DNA of 64,000 nucleotides from Patescibacteria group bacterium (GTDB lineage Bacteria; Patescibacteriota; Patescibacteriia; Patescibacteriales; UBA12075): the NCBI GenBank assembly GCA_018897195.1, contig JAHILH010000005.1, positions 128,745 through 192,744 of the forward strand, written 5' to 3'. This document shows positions 30,571-38,957 of this stretch, piece by piece. A program made the position numbers and the translations under genes. Under the pieces are notes generated by a model. The model saw only the letters and a list, made by a program, of their open reading frames with translations, ran no database searches and was not told the origin of the DNA. The stretch's first letter is position 1. Each line of letters starts with the position of its first letter.

Positions 30571-30598
30571 ATTATACAGTAATAAAAAAATCTGTCAA
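30571..30598 (-). promoter_or_regulatory. Sigma70-type promoter TTGACA-16-TATAAT
   Basis: Minus strand TTGACA (30598-30593), 16-nt spacer, TATAAT (30576-30571). Confidence 0.55.
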
Positions 30599-30671
30599 GA
30601 ATAGGACATGACAGCCCATTATTGGCAATCATTAATAATATTTTAGCTTATATTAAATAAGAAAATAAAAA

Positions 30672-30697
30672 ATACCGATAAATAATTTTATCGGTAT
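30672..30697. terminator. Bidirectional hairpin terminator downstream of pilT
   Basis: ataccgataaa-taat-tttatcggtat with A-run before and T4 after. Confidence 0.7.
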
Positions 30698-30752
30698 TTT
30701 TGGCAAAAAATGAGATATTAACAATTTTTCAACTTTTAAAAAATTTTTATAA

Positions 30753-31805
30753 TTAAAATAGCTTAATCCTGTCCAATATTTCCGGATTATCCATATAACT
30801 TCTTGCCTCTTCCTTGCTAATCCGTTTTTCTACATAAAGTCGCTTAATATCTTGATCCAGGCTTACCATGCCTTCACGAGAGCTCGTTTCAATTACGGTG
30901 CGCATTTGGGTTACTTTGTTCTCACGGATGATATTAGAAATTGCCGGATTGTTAATCATTATTTCGCGAGCTGCTACGCGCCCTCCATCAATTTTTTGCA
31001 ACAACCTTTGTGAAACAACACCCACCAATGTCATTGACAACTGGGCCCTAATTTGATTTTGTTGATGAGGGGGGAATATGTCAATAATACGATCAACAGT
31101 TTGAGCTGCGTTGTAGGTATGCAGGGTTGCAAAAACCAAATGACCCGTTTCTGCCAAAGTGATTGCGGTCCCAATTGTTTCCAAGTCGCGCATTTCGCCC
31201 ACCATAATTACGTCCGGGTCTTGTCGCAAAGCATGACTAAGTCCTGAGCTAAAAGTTAACATATCGCGCCCTAACTGTCTTTGCATTATTAAAGACTTTT
31301 TCGCAAAAAATAAATATTCAATCGGATCTTCCAGGGTAATGATATTGCAAAATTTATTAAGATTAATATGATTCACCATCGAAGCCATAGTGGTTGACTT
31401 ACCACAACCAGTAGGACCAGTTACTAAAATAAGTCCCTGCTTAACATCTAATAAGCTGTACACCACTTTTGGCAAAGCCAAATCTTCCATGCTTGGAATA
31501 TTAGTACTAATAACCCTCGCGACCAAACCAACTCTATTTTTTTCAAAATGAAAATTTACTCTAAAGCGAAAATCGTCTTGGTCATAACTCACATCTAATT
31601 CTTTTTCCGCAATGAATTTCTTTTTTTCCTCTGGGGAAACTAGAGCATCCAACATATCATCCATCTCTTTTACTGTTATCTCTTTCAAACCTTCAATAAA
31701 TTTAAGCTCACCATTAATTCTGAGTGCGGGTGGCAAATTAACAAGAATGTGCAAATCCGAAGCCCCTTCATCACAGGCCTTTTTTAATAATTCTTTTATA
31801 GTCAT
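30753..31805 (-). CDS. pilT: Type IV pilus retraction ATPase PilT
   Basis: 350 aa; Walker A GPTGCGKST, DPDVIMVGEMRD, GHLVFATLHT. Confidence 0.92.
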   Translation of the reverse strand: MTIKELLKKACDEGASDLHILVNLPPALRINGELKFIEGLKEITVKEMDDMLDALVSPEEKKKFIAEKELDVSYDQDDFRFRVNFHFEKNRVGLVARVISTNIPSMEDLALPKVVYSLLDVKQGLILVTGPTGCGKSTTMASMVNHINLNKFCNIITLEDPIEYLFFAKKSLIMQRQLGRDMLTFSSGLSHALRQDPDVIMVGEMRDLETIGTAITLAETGHLVFATLHTYNAAQTVDRIIDIFPPHQQNQIRAQLSMTLVGVVSQRLLQKIDGGRVAAREIMINNPAISNIIRENKVTQMRTVIETSSREGMVSLDQDIKRLYVEKRISKEEARSYMDNPEILDRIKLF

Positions 31806-31949
31806 ATGGTTTATTAATTTTGAATTTTAAATTTCTAATTTTGAATTAATTTTTCAATAATCTATTTTTTAATTATTAAGCACACCTTCATTCAAAATTC
31901 ATAATTTAGAATTTAATTATAAGTAATATCCACATTATAGCACAAAAAA

Positions 31950-31976
31950 ACAGAACTGCCCAATAAGCAGTTCTGT
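31950..31976 (-). terminator. Intrinsic terminator downstream of rnc
   Basis: acagaactgc-ccaataa-gcagttctgt, A7 on plus gives U7 on minus. Confidence 0.75.
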
Positions 31977-31993
31977 TTATAATTATATAGACT

Positions 31994-32686
31994 TTACCAA
32001 CCCCTCGCCTTAATTCCCCTGGCTGCCGCATCTACTTGCGCTTCTTGTTTAGAAGAGCCAGTTCCTTTAGCTACCAATTCTTCACCCAAGTATAAACCGA
32101 CTTCAAAAATTTTCTCATGATCCGGTCCACTTTCTTTTAGCACTTTATAATGAGGTGTAACTTTTTCAAACTCTTGAGACTTTTCCTGGAATTTTGATTT
32201 TGGATCAAGGTGTAAGTCATTGGACAAAATATGTGCTAGCTTCGAAATGATATGACTATGAATGAATTTCGCTGCCGCCTCCGTGCCTTGGTCTAAGTAC
32301 ATCGCGCCGATTAAAGCCTCAACGGCATTCGCCAAAATATATTGACGCGCTTTTGAACCAGCGTCTTTCGCTTCGCCTTTTGATAAGTACAAATAATCAT
32401 CCAAGCCAACTTCAGATGCGATTAGAGCCAACATCTTGGAATTTACCAAACTTGCCCGCCAGTTTGTTAAATCACCCTCTGGTGTTTCTGTAAAAGATTT
32501 ATACAAATACTCCGTCACGATAATTTCCAAAACGGCATCACCAAGAAACTCCAAGCGCTCATTATGCGGGAGTTCAAATTTTGGATGTTCATTTAAATAA
32601 GACCGATGAACAACCGCTTGTTTTAATAAATCCTTATTTTTAAATTGAAGACCAACAATCTTTTCCAATGTGGAAAAATCTTTCAT
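31994..32686 (-). CDS. rnc: Ribonuclease III
   Basis: ERLEFLGDAVLE signature, C-terminal dsRBD; start at ATG 32686. Confidence 0.93.
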   Translation of the reverse strand: MKDFSTLEKIVGLQFKNKDLLKQAVVHRSYLNEHPKFELPHNERLEFLGDAVLEIIVTEYLYKSFTETPEGDLTNWRASLVNSKMLALIASEVGLDDYLYLSKGEAKDAGSKARQYILANAVEALIGAMYLDQGTEAAAKFIHSHIISKLAHILSNDLHLDPKSKFQEKSQEFEKVTPHYKVLKESGPDHEKIFEVGLYLGEELVAKGTGSSKQEAQVDAAARGIKARGW

Positions 32687-32758
32687 ATTTTTTGATTGCT
32701 GTATTATTGCATTGTTACATCCATGATGAAACAATGAAATAATGAAACAATATTTAAA

Positions 32759-33238
32759 TTATTCTAATTCTATTCCTTCTTCGGATATTGTAATTGGAAC
32801 TTTGGCCTCTGCCTCTTCTTTAGAATGATCCATATCCTTATAAATCGCCCCCAGTACTCCATTTACGAACTTACCAGATGAATCTCCACCATAAGTCTTG
32901 GCAATTTCAATCGCCTCATTAATGGCTACCTTGGATGGAATCTCATCATTAACTTTTAACTCATAGACACCGATACGCAAAACATTTCTATCGACAAGAG
33001 TAATCTGGTCCAACGGCCATTCAGTCGCATATTTGGTAATATACTCATCAATCATCGCCACATTCTCAACAACACCCTTAACCAAACTCTTCACAAAGCC
33101 TTGATCATCAAAACTCGGTGCAAAATTCAAAAAAACATTATCCACGATTTCTGTTAAATCGTTTCTCTGTTTCTCCTCAAAATCCCAAAGGAACAATGTT
33201 TGCATGGCAAGCGTTCTTGCCAAATGTCTATTAGACAT
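32759..33238 (-). CDS. nusB: Transcription antitermination factor NusB
   Basis: 159 aa, [14 protein letters not shown]-terminus and helical NusB pattern. Confidence 0.88.
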   Translation of the reverse strand: MSNRHLARTLAMQTLFLWDFEEKQRNDLTEIVDNVFLNFAPSFDDQGFVKSLVKGVVENVAMIDEYITKYATEWPLDQITLVDRNVLRIGVYELKVNDEIPSKVAINEAIEIAKTYGGDSSGKFVNGVLGAIYKDMDHSKEEAEAKVPITISEEGIELE

Positions 33239-33262
33239 AGTTTATTCTATTAAAATGAAATA

Positions 33263-33463
33263 TTATTTAGCTTCTTTCGCAGTCTTAACTTTGATAGTTA
33301 AAATTTCTTTACCCTTATAGTTTCCGCAAAAACTGCAAGCAGCGTGAGCCTCAACAGCCTTGCCACATTTTGAACATTTTGCTAAAACTAGCGCATCTAA
33401 TGCATGGTGTGATCGTCTGTTGCGAACATGACCCTTTGTTCTCTTTTTCTTTGGTACTGACAT
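33263..33463 (-). CDS. rpmF: 50S ribosomal protein L32
   Basis: MSVPKKKRTKGHVRNRRSHHAL..CSKCG..CSFCG. Confidence 0.93.
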   Translation of the reverse strand: MSVPKKKRTKGHVRNRRSHHALDALVLAKCSKCGKAVEAHAACSFCGNYKGKEILTIKVKTAKEAK

Positions 33464-33703
33464 AGTATAACGATTATGAACTGCCTCCGCCGCAGCGGAT
33501 CGAATTCCGTAAATTAATAATTTTAGTATAACTTAAAAACCTAAAAAAAGTCAAGGACCTTCCAGCGACTTTTTTCTATAAATATATTTATATCATATTT
33601 TTGGATAATGTCAATAACCCTCAAAATATCCTCAAATTAATCAAAAAATAAAAACGGCTCAATAATGGAACCGTTTTTTTAAGGTTTTGGCCAAGGCTGA
33701 ATT

Positions 33704-34399
33704 TTATTTTTCTACTATGGCCAGATTTATTTCTTTCTGTGTTTCCAACACTGCTTCAACTGGATTGGTCGCCATGGTTATCGGGCGACCAATAACAAGA
33801 TAATCTGCGCCCATTTTTACCGCATCATAGGGCGTGGTAATTCTGGACTGATCATCATTGGGATCAAGATGCCACTTTGGACGAATACCGGGAGTCACTT
33901 TCTTCAATTTATTCAACTCGGGAAACTGAGACAGAAACTTAAGCTCCATTGGTGAGCAGACAATTCCATAAACCCCGGCGAGTACAGCATTTCTGGCAAA
34001 TTGCAAAACTTTTGCCTTGACAGGCATGCCGTAATTAATATTACACTCTTCTTCATTCAATGAAGTTAAAACTGTAACAGCCAGAATTTTTGAATCGCCA
34101 GCCGCTTCCACGGCCGCCCTCATCATCGCCACACCACCAGAGGCATGAACCGTTATTAAAGACGGTTTATAGAAGATATGCTTTTTAACACGATTCTTGA
34201 CCGTATTGGGAATGTCGTGAAACTTGGCATCATCCATAACCTCAGCATGTCTGCTAAGCACTTCAAGGATTGTAACCCCAAGACCTCCATCGAGTAAATC
34301 GTTGGCCTTAAGAATTACACCGGTGCCTTCTAGGTTTTTTGCCAAAACCAATGCATCTTCGGTATCCATTCCATCTAATGCCACAATAATTTTCGACAT
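33704..34399 (-). CDS. pyrF: Orotidine 5'-phosphate decarboxylase
   Basis: IVALD...LKAND...DAKFHDIPNTV...VIGRPI. Confidence 0.85.
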   Translation of the reverse strand: MSKIIVALDGMDTEDALVLAKNLEGTGVILKANDLLDGGLGVTILEVLSRHAEVMDDAKFHDIPNTVKNRVKKHIFYKPSLITVHASGGVAMMRAAVEAAGDSKILAVTVLTSLNEEECNINYGMPVKAKVLQFARNAVLAGVYGIVCSPMELKFLSQFPELNKLKKVTPGIRPKWHLDPNDDQSRITTPYDAVKMGADYLVIGRPITMATNPVEAVLETQKEINLAIVEK

Positions 34400-34535
34400 C
34401 TTTATTCCTCCCTCATTGATTTGATATTTATGGATTTATAAAAATCCGACTTAAACGAACAAAATAAAATAACCACTAAGGGTTATTTTATTTTTTGATA
34501 TTACTACATATTTCTTAAAAAATCAATAGGCATAA

Positions 34536-37508
34536 CTACAACTTCCGAAACTCACAAATATCATTAAAATCACAATACTTACACAAAATCGACGGCTTGG
34601 CCGGGAATTCGCCTTTGTTTATTTCTTTGATATTCTTCACGATATTTTCTTTTAGCTTTTCTATTTCTTTGTCCGTGCCGAGGAATTCCATTTCGGTGTT
34701 GTCGTCGAGATAATAGAAGACGAGGGAGTCGACTTTGTAGCCGAAGATTTCTTCGGCGGCGATTTGGTAGATGAAGAGTTGAGCCTTGTCTTCGAAGGTT
34801 AGTTTGTCTTTGGGATTACCGGTTTTGTAATCAACGATGCGGACTTTGCCGTCGACGGCATCGACGCGATCGACAACGCCGCGGATGGTGTAGATGTCCT
34901 CATCAGATTTCAATTTTATATTGAAACCTTTTTCTAAATGTTTAATGCTTGGCCAATTGTCTTTATGTTTGGCGTAAAAAGTTTTTAGAATTTCTTTGCC
35001 CTTGGCGCGATATTCTTCCTTTTGTTCCGCGTCATTATACCAATCATCAATCCAAGATTCTTCGTAAATTTTCAGCACCTCTTCCCAAGTTACATTCTCA
35101 TCGCCCTTCTTGGGCTCGGTAAATAAATCTTGTTGCCCAAAACCTTTTTTCTCTACCACTAATTCAAACAGTTTTTGTAAAGTGCTGTGCATGGTGCGAC
35201 CGAAGGAGAAAACGCCTTTGCCTTGGCGGGGGATTTTTAGGATATGGGCAAAGCGATATTGGTAGGGGCAACTTGAAAAGGCGGTTAGTTGGGTGTAGGA
35301 ATAATGCTTCGGAGGTATGTAGTCAATTTTATCATTCTTCGATGACGCCCCCTCACCCCGACCCTCTCCCGCGGGGCGAGGGAGTTTTAATAGATTATCA
35401 ATAACTGGTAATTCTTCTGCCACCGCCAAATCTTTTTTCGTTTTTTTCACTTCTTCTTTAACCAATCCTGCTTCAAGCAAAAATCGTGATGGCTTTTTAT
35501 CACGCGCACCACCATAATTCTTGCTCCATGAAAAATATAAACCAGCTTTCGCGCGCGTCGCGGCGACGTAAAACAAACGACGTTCTTCTTCGATATGCAT
35601 ATCGCCTTGCGGTAAATTTTCTTTGATCAGAGCGTCAGGGATCAAGATTTTGTCTTTACGTTCGATAGTTGGGAAACGCTTATCAACCATGCCGACGATG
35701 AAGACATATTTAAACTCAAGACCCTTGGAGCCGTGGATTGTCATCACCTTGATTGTCTCTGGTCCAGCTTCGACATCCGGCGTCACTGAGCCTTGCTCGC
35801 CTGACTCTAATTCCATGCGGAATTCACTTAAGAAATTTTTAACACTTTTGTCATCATTGGCAACTTCAAAAGTTAAGACGCGCTTGATAAATTTATTAAG
35901 ATAACCAATCTGTTCACGGCTTTGCTTTTCTGGTAAATCCATTAAGTGTTGTAAATAACCAGTCTCATTTATAAAGGTCACCAATACTTCACGTACTGGT
36001 TTTGTTTTAACTAATTGTGTATGCTTGCTGATATTTTCTAAAACCACCCCTACTCTTTTTATAAAATCAACTCCAAAGTTTAGTTGGTTGGCATTTTTTA
36101 AAGCTTCGTATAATGACCAAGATTTTTTATTAGCTAGGTGATTAAGATCAACTAATTCCTTATGAGTAAATTTATAAATCGGAAAATTTAAAACACGATA
36201 AAGATAAATACTCTCGTGATAATTATCTAACATCCGTAAATACGCCACCGCATCCATAATCACTGGCTTGTTATATAATCCGCGTGATGCGTAAAAAACA
36301 TAAGGTAGGTTCGCTTCTTCCAAGGCAACACACACATCATTAGCACTATCGTTGGCCCGCACCAAAATACCAAAGTCACCCCAATTCGCCTCCGCGTCCT
36401 TCACTTTCAAATCAGCCATCTTCTCCACCACCAAACGAATCTCATCTTCCAAGTCAGTCCCTTCTAATAATTCAATCTCACCCGTCTCGCCGATATTCGC
36501 TTTCAGCTTCTTACTCAATTTCCCATCACCCTGTTGTTGCAATTGATATTCCAATCGATTCGGATTGTTGTGTTGAATAAAATCATAAGACAAATCCAAA
36601 ATATTTTGCTTATTGCGATAATTATTGGTCAGCACTAATTCCTGCGCCTGCGGATAGTCAGTTTTAAAATGCAAAATATTCGCTACTGAACCGCCACGGA
36701 ATTTATAAATCGATTGATCATCATCGCCCACGACTACTAAATTAGAATCGCCGGCCGCTAATAATTTTATCAATTCATACTGCGCCAAATTCGTATCTTG
36801 AAATTCATCCAATAAAATATACTTAAACTGATTTTTATATTTCGCCAAAATATTTGGTCGCTCTCTAAATAATTTCAAACAATAATTAATCAAATCACCA
36901 AAGTCCAAGGCACTGTTATCCAAAAGTAATTGTTGATAAACTTTATAAGCGTTCGCCACCTCGGCAATGCGTTTAATTTCTTGCTCGTCATCATCTTTTA
37001 ACTTACTCGCAAAAGCAACATACTCCTCCGCAGTAACATCTTCGTCTTTAGCACGTGAAAAATGTTTCACCAAATCATGAATAAACTTCGTCGGATTCCC
37101 AAGCGGTCGATAATATTCCAAATTAAACTTATCCAAGTTTCGACGCACCATCGCCCACTGTTCATATTCATTCAAGAGCTTGAAATTACCCGGCAAGCCA
37201 ATCTCAATTGCATGCTCGCGCAAAATGCGTTCACCAAAGCTATGAAAAGTGGATATCCACAAATCTACATAACCAAAAGGCAATAATTTATCAACGCGCT
37301 CCTCCATCTCCTGTGCCGCCTTTTCGGTAAAGGTTAACGCTAAAATCTCGTCCGTCTTTGCCCAGCCTTGCTCAATGATATAAGCAATCCGCTTCGTCAC
37401 CACCGTCGTCTTACCAGTTCCAGCCCCCGCCACAATCAATAAAGGACCGCCGTTATGAGTAACCGCCTGTTCTTGTTCTTTATTTAAACCTTTTAATAGT
37501 TCTGACAT
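34536..37508 (-). CDS. UvrD/PcrA-type helicase fused to a C-terminal PD-(D/E)XK (AddB/Cas4-like, Fe-S) nuclease
   Basis: 990 aa; motif I VAGAGTGKTT, motif II LLDEFQDTN; C-terminus with Cys (FSSCPYQY) + CKYCDFNDIC (CxxCx5C) and DRVD..DYK nuclease core. Confidence 0.88.
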   Translation of the reverse strand: MSELLKGLNKEQEQAVTHNGGPLLIVAGAGTGKTTVVTKRIAYIIEQGWAKTDEILALTFTEKAAQEMEERVDKLLPFGYVDLWISTFHSFGERILREHAIEIGLPGNFKLLNEYEQWAMVRRNLDKFNLEYYRPLGNPTKFIHDLVKHFSRAKDEDVTAEEYVAFASKLKDDDEQEIKRIAEVANAYKVYQQLLLDNSALDFGDLINYCLKLFRERPNILAKYKNQFKYILLDEFQDTNLAQYELIKLLAAGDSNLVVVGDDDQSIYKFRGGSVANILHFKTDYPQAQELVLTNNYRNKQNILDLSYDFIQHNNPNRLEYQLQQQGDGKLSKKLKANIGETGEIELLEGTDLEDEIRLVVEKMADLKVKDAEANWGDFGILVRANDSANDVCVALEEANLPYVFYASRGLYNKPVIMDAVAYLRMLDNYHESIYLYRVLNFPIYKFTHKELVDLNHLANKKSWSLYEALKNANQLNFGVDFIKRVGVVLENISKHTQLVKTKPVREVLVTFINETGYLQHLMDLPEKQSREQIGYLNKFIKRVLTFEVANDDKSVKNFLSEFRMELESGEQGSVTPDVEAGPETIKVMTIHGSKGLEFKYVFIVGMVDKRFPTIERKDKILIPDALIKENLPQGDMHIEEERRLFYVAATRAKAGLYFSWSKNYGGARDKKPSRFLLEAGLVKEEVKKTKKDLAVAEELPVIDNLLKLPRPAGEGRGEGASSKNDKIDYIPPKHYSYTQLTAFSSCPYQYRFAHILKIPRQGKGVFSFGRTMHSTLQKLFELVVEKKGFGQQDLFTEPKKGDENVTWEEVLKIYEESWIDDWYNDAEQKEEYRAKGKEILKTFYAKHKDNWPSIKHLEKGFNIKLKSDEDIYTIRGVVDRVDAVDGKVRIVDYKTGNPKDKLTFEDKAQLFIYQIAAEEIFGYKVDSLVFYYLDDNTEMEFLGTDKEIEKLKENIVKNIKEINKGEFPAKPSILCKYCDFNDICEFRKL
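35346..35384 (+). repeat. Family 1 GC-rich repeat inside the helicase-nuclease CDS (in frame)
   Basis: cgccccctcaccccgaccctctcccgcggggcgagggag; translated on minus strand as LPRPAGEGRGEGAS in the inter-domain linker. Confidence 0.9.
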
Positions 37509-37550
37509 AAGATTAATTTTCGAATTTTAATAAAAAGATAACTACATAAT

Positions 37551-37583
37551 TCCCTCTCCTGGATAGGAGAGGGCAGGGTGAGG
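37551..37583 (-). repeat. Family 1 repeat (CCCTCTCC-n-GGAGAGGG subtype)
   Basis: tccctctcctggataggagagggcagggtgagg. Confidence 0.9.
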
Positions 37584-37600
37584 TAGATTTTCGGTGACGG

Positions 37601-37638
37601 CTCCCTCACCCCGACCCTCTCCCGGCGGGGCGAGGGAG
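37601..37638 (+). repeat. Family 1 repeat (CCCTCACCCC...GGGGCGAGGG subtype)
   Basis: ctccctcaccccgaccctctcccggcggggcgagggag. Confidence 0.9.
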
Positions 37639-37648
37639 AAGCCTTGAA

Positions 37649-38869
37649 TTAAAAAATCTTAACGACCCCATATTGTCCATCAAACCCAGGCGCCACTGTT
37701 AATTCTCCCGCGCGCATTCGGCGTATACCTTCCGCAATTTTATCAGTTGTCACCGCCGCAATTTTCTCAATCGGTGCATCAAGTAAAATATCAATTTCAC
37801 TAGCTTGTAATTCACTAATTAGCTTATCGTATTCTACTAAAACTTTTTTAGCTTGTGGTGATTTCACTCCCACCGCCTCAGCGATAATTTTATTCAAGCC
37901 TACTAATTTTTTAAAACTCGGCTTGCCTTTTAACTGCTTCCCAACCTTACGATTTGCTAATTCATTCACGCGATAATCAACACCAATTGTCAGTGCCCGG
38001 TTACAAACTGGACACAATCCCTTTTTCTCTTTTGTCTCAACCGGAGACAAGCACGCACCACAAGCCCGATGTCCGTCCCAGTGATACATACCTTCTTCCG
38101 GATAAAATTCAATCGTATAATCCAAAAATGATTTTTTATTTTCACCTTTAATTATTTGATAAATCGCATCATAGGTCACCTCTTCATTAAACTCAAACAC
38201 ATTTGCTTCGCGCGCTAAATTTTGCAATGAATGCGCATCTGAATTAGACAACAAAGTTAATTTATCCAAAGCTGACACGCGCCAATTCATTTCAGGGTCC
38301 GATGACAAACCGGTCTCATAAGCAAAAATTTGATTAGTATATTCCCCAAAACATTCTTCCAGCGAATCAAAACCCGACTTCGAACCAAAGACCGAAAACC
38401 ACGGTGTCCAAATGTGCGCCGGATAAATCAAAAATTTCGGATCAATCGAAAAACACAACTGACACAAAGTCGGTACACTCATTCCCAAAATCGGACGACC
38501 ATCCGAACGAATATTATAATGCTTACCCAAAAAATCATTCAGCTTTTGGACCGCTACTACATTCGGCGCATGAATCACAATATGAATCCGTCGCGCTCGT
38601 CCGCCCTGCTTATAAATCAAAGCCACCTCGGTGCTCAAAATAAACTTCACACCATTATCATCTTCCTGTAATTTATAAAGACCGCTACTCCCAATCTCAA
38701 CCAGTTCATCCTTAATCGATTTGAACCAAGCGGGATGCGTAAAATCGCCCGTCCCCACAATATCAATTCCTTTTATCAGGCACGTTTTAGCAATATTAGC
38801 TAAGGTTAAGTCCCGCGAGCAAGCTCGGGAATATCGAGAATGAATATGAAAATCAGCTATTTGACGCAT
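37649..38869 (-). CDS. Endonuclease Q-like PHP-domain protein (TIGR00375-like)
   Basis: N-terminal DFHIHSRYSRACS PHP motif, central Cys cluster CGAC...CPVC; start at ATG 38869; family call from memory. Confidence 0.6.
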   Translation of the reverse strand: MRQIADFHIHSRYSRACSRDLTLANIAKTCLIKGIDIVGTGDFTHPAWFKSIKDELVEIGSSGLYKLQEDDNGVKFILSTEVALIYKQGGRARRIHIVIHAPNVVAVQKLNDFLGKHYNIRSDGRPILGMSVPTLCQLCFSIDPKFLIYPAHIWTPWFSVFGSKSGFDSLEECFGEYTNQIFAYETGLSSDPEMNWRVSALDKLTLLSNSDAHSLQNLAREANVFEFNEEVTYDAIYQIIKGENKKSFLDYTIEFYPEEGMYHWDGHRACGACLSPVETKEKKGLCPVCNRALTIGVDYRVNELANRKVGKQLKGKPSFKKLVGLNKIIAEAVGVKSPQAKKVLVEYDKLISELQASEIDILLDAPIEKIAAVTTDKIAEGIRRMRAGELTVAPGFDGQYGVVKIF

Positions 38870-38925
38870 AAAAAATTGGTTCAATTTACCTATTTAATAT
38901 ACCACTTACATTATTAAAAATCAAA

Positions 38926-38951
38926 AACCCCTGTCAAATTCGACAGGGGTT
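38926..38951. terminator. Hairpin terminator downstream of glmS
   Basis: aacccctgtc-aaattc-gacaggggtt flanked by A5/T5. Confidence 0.75.
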
Positions 38952-38957
38952 GTTTTT

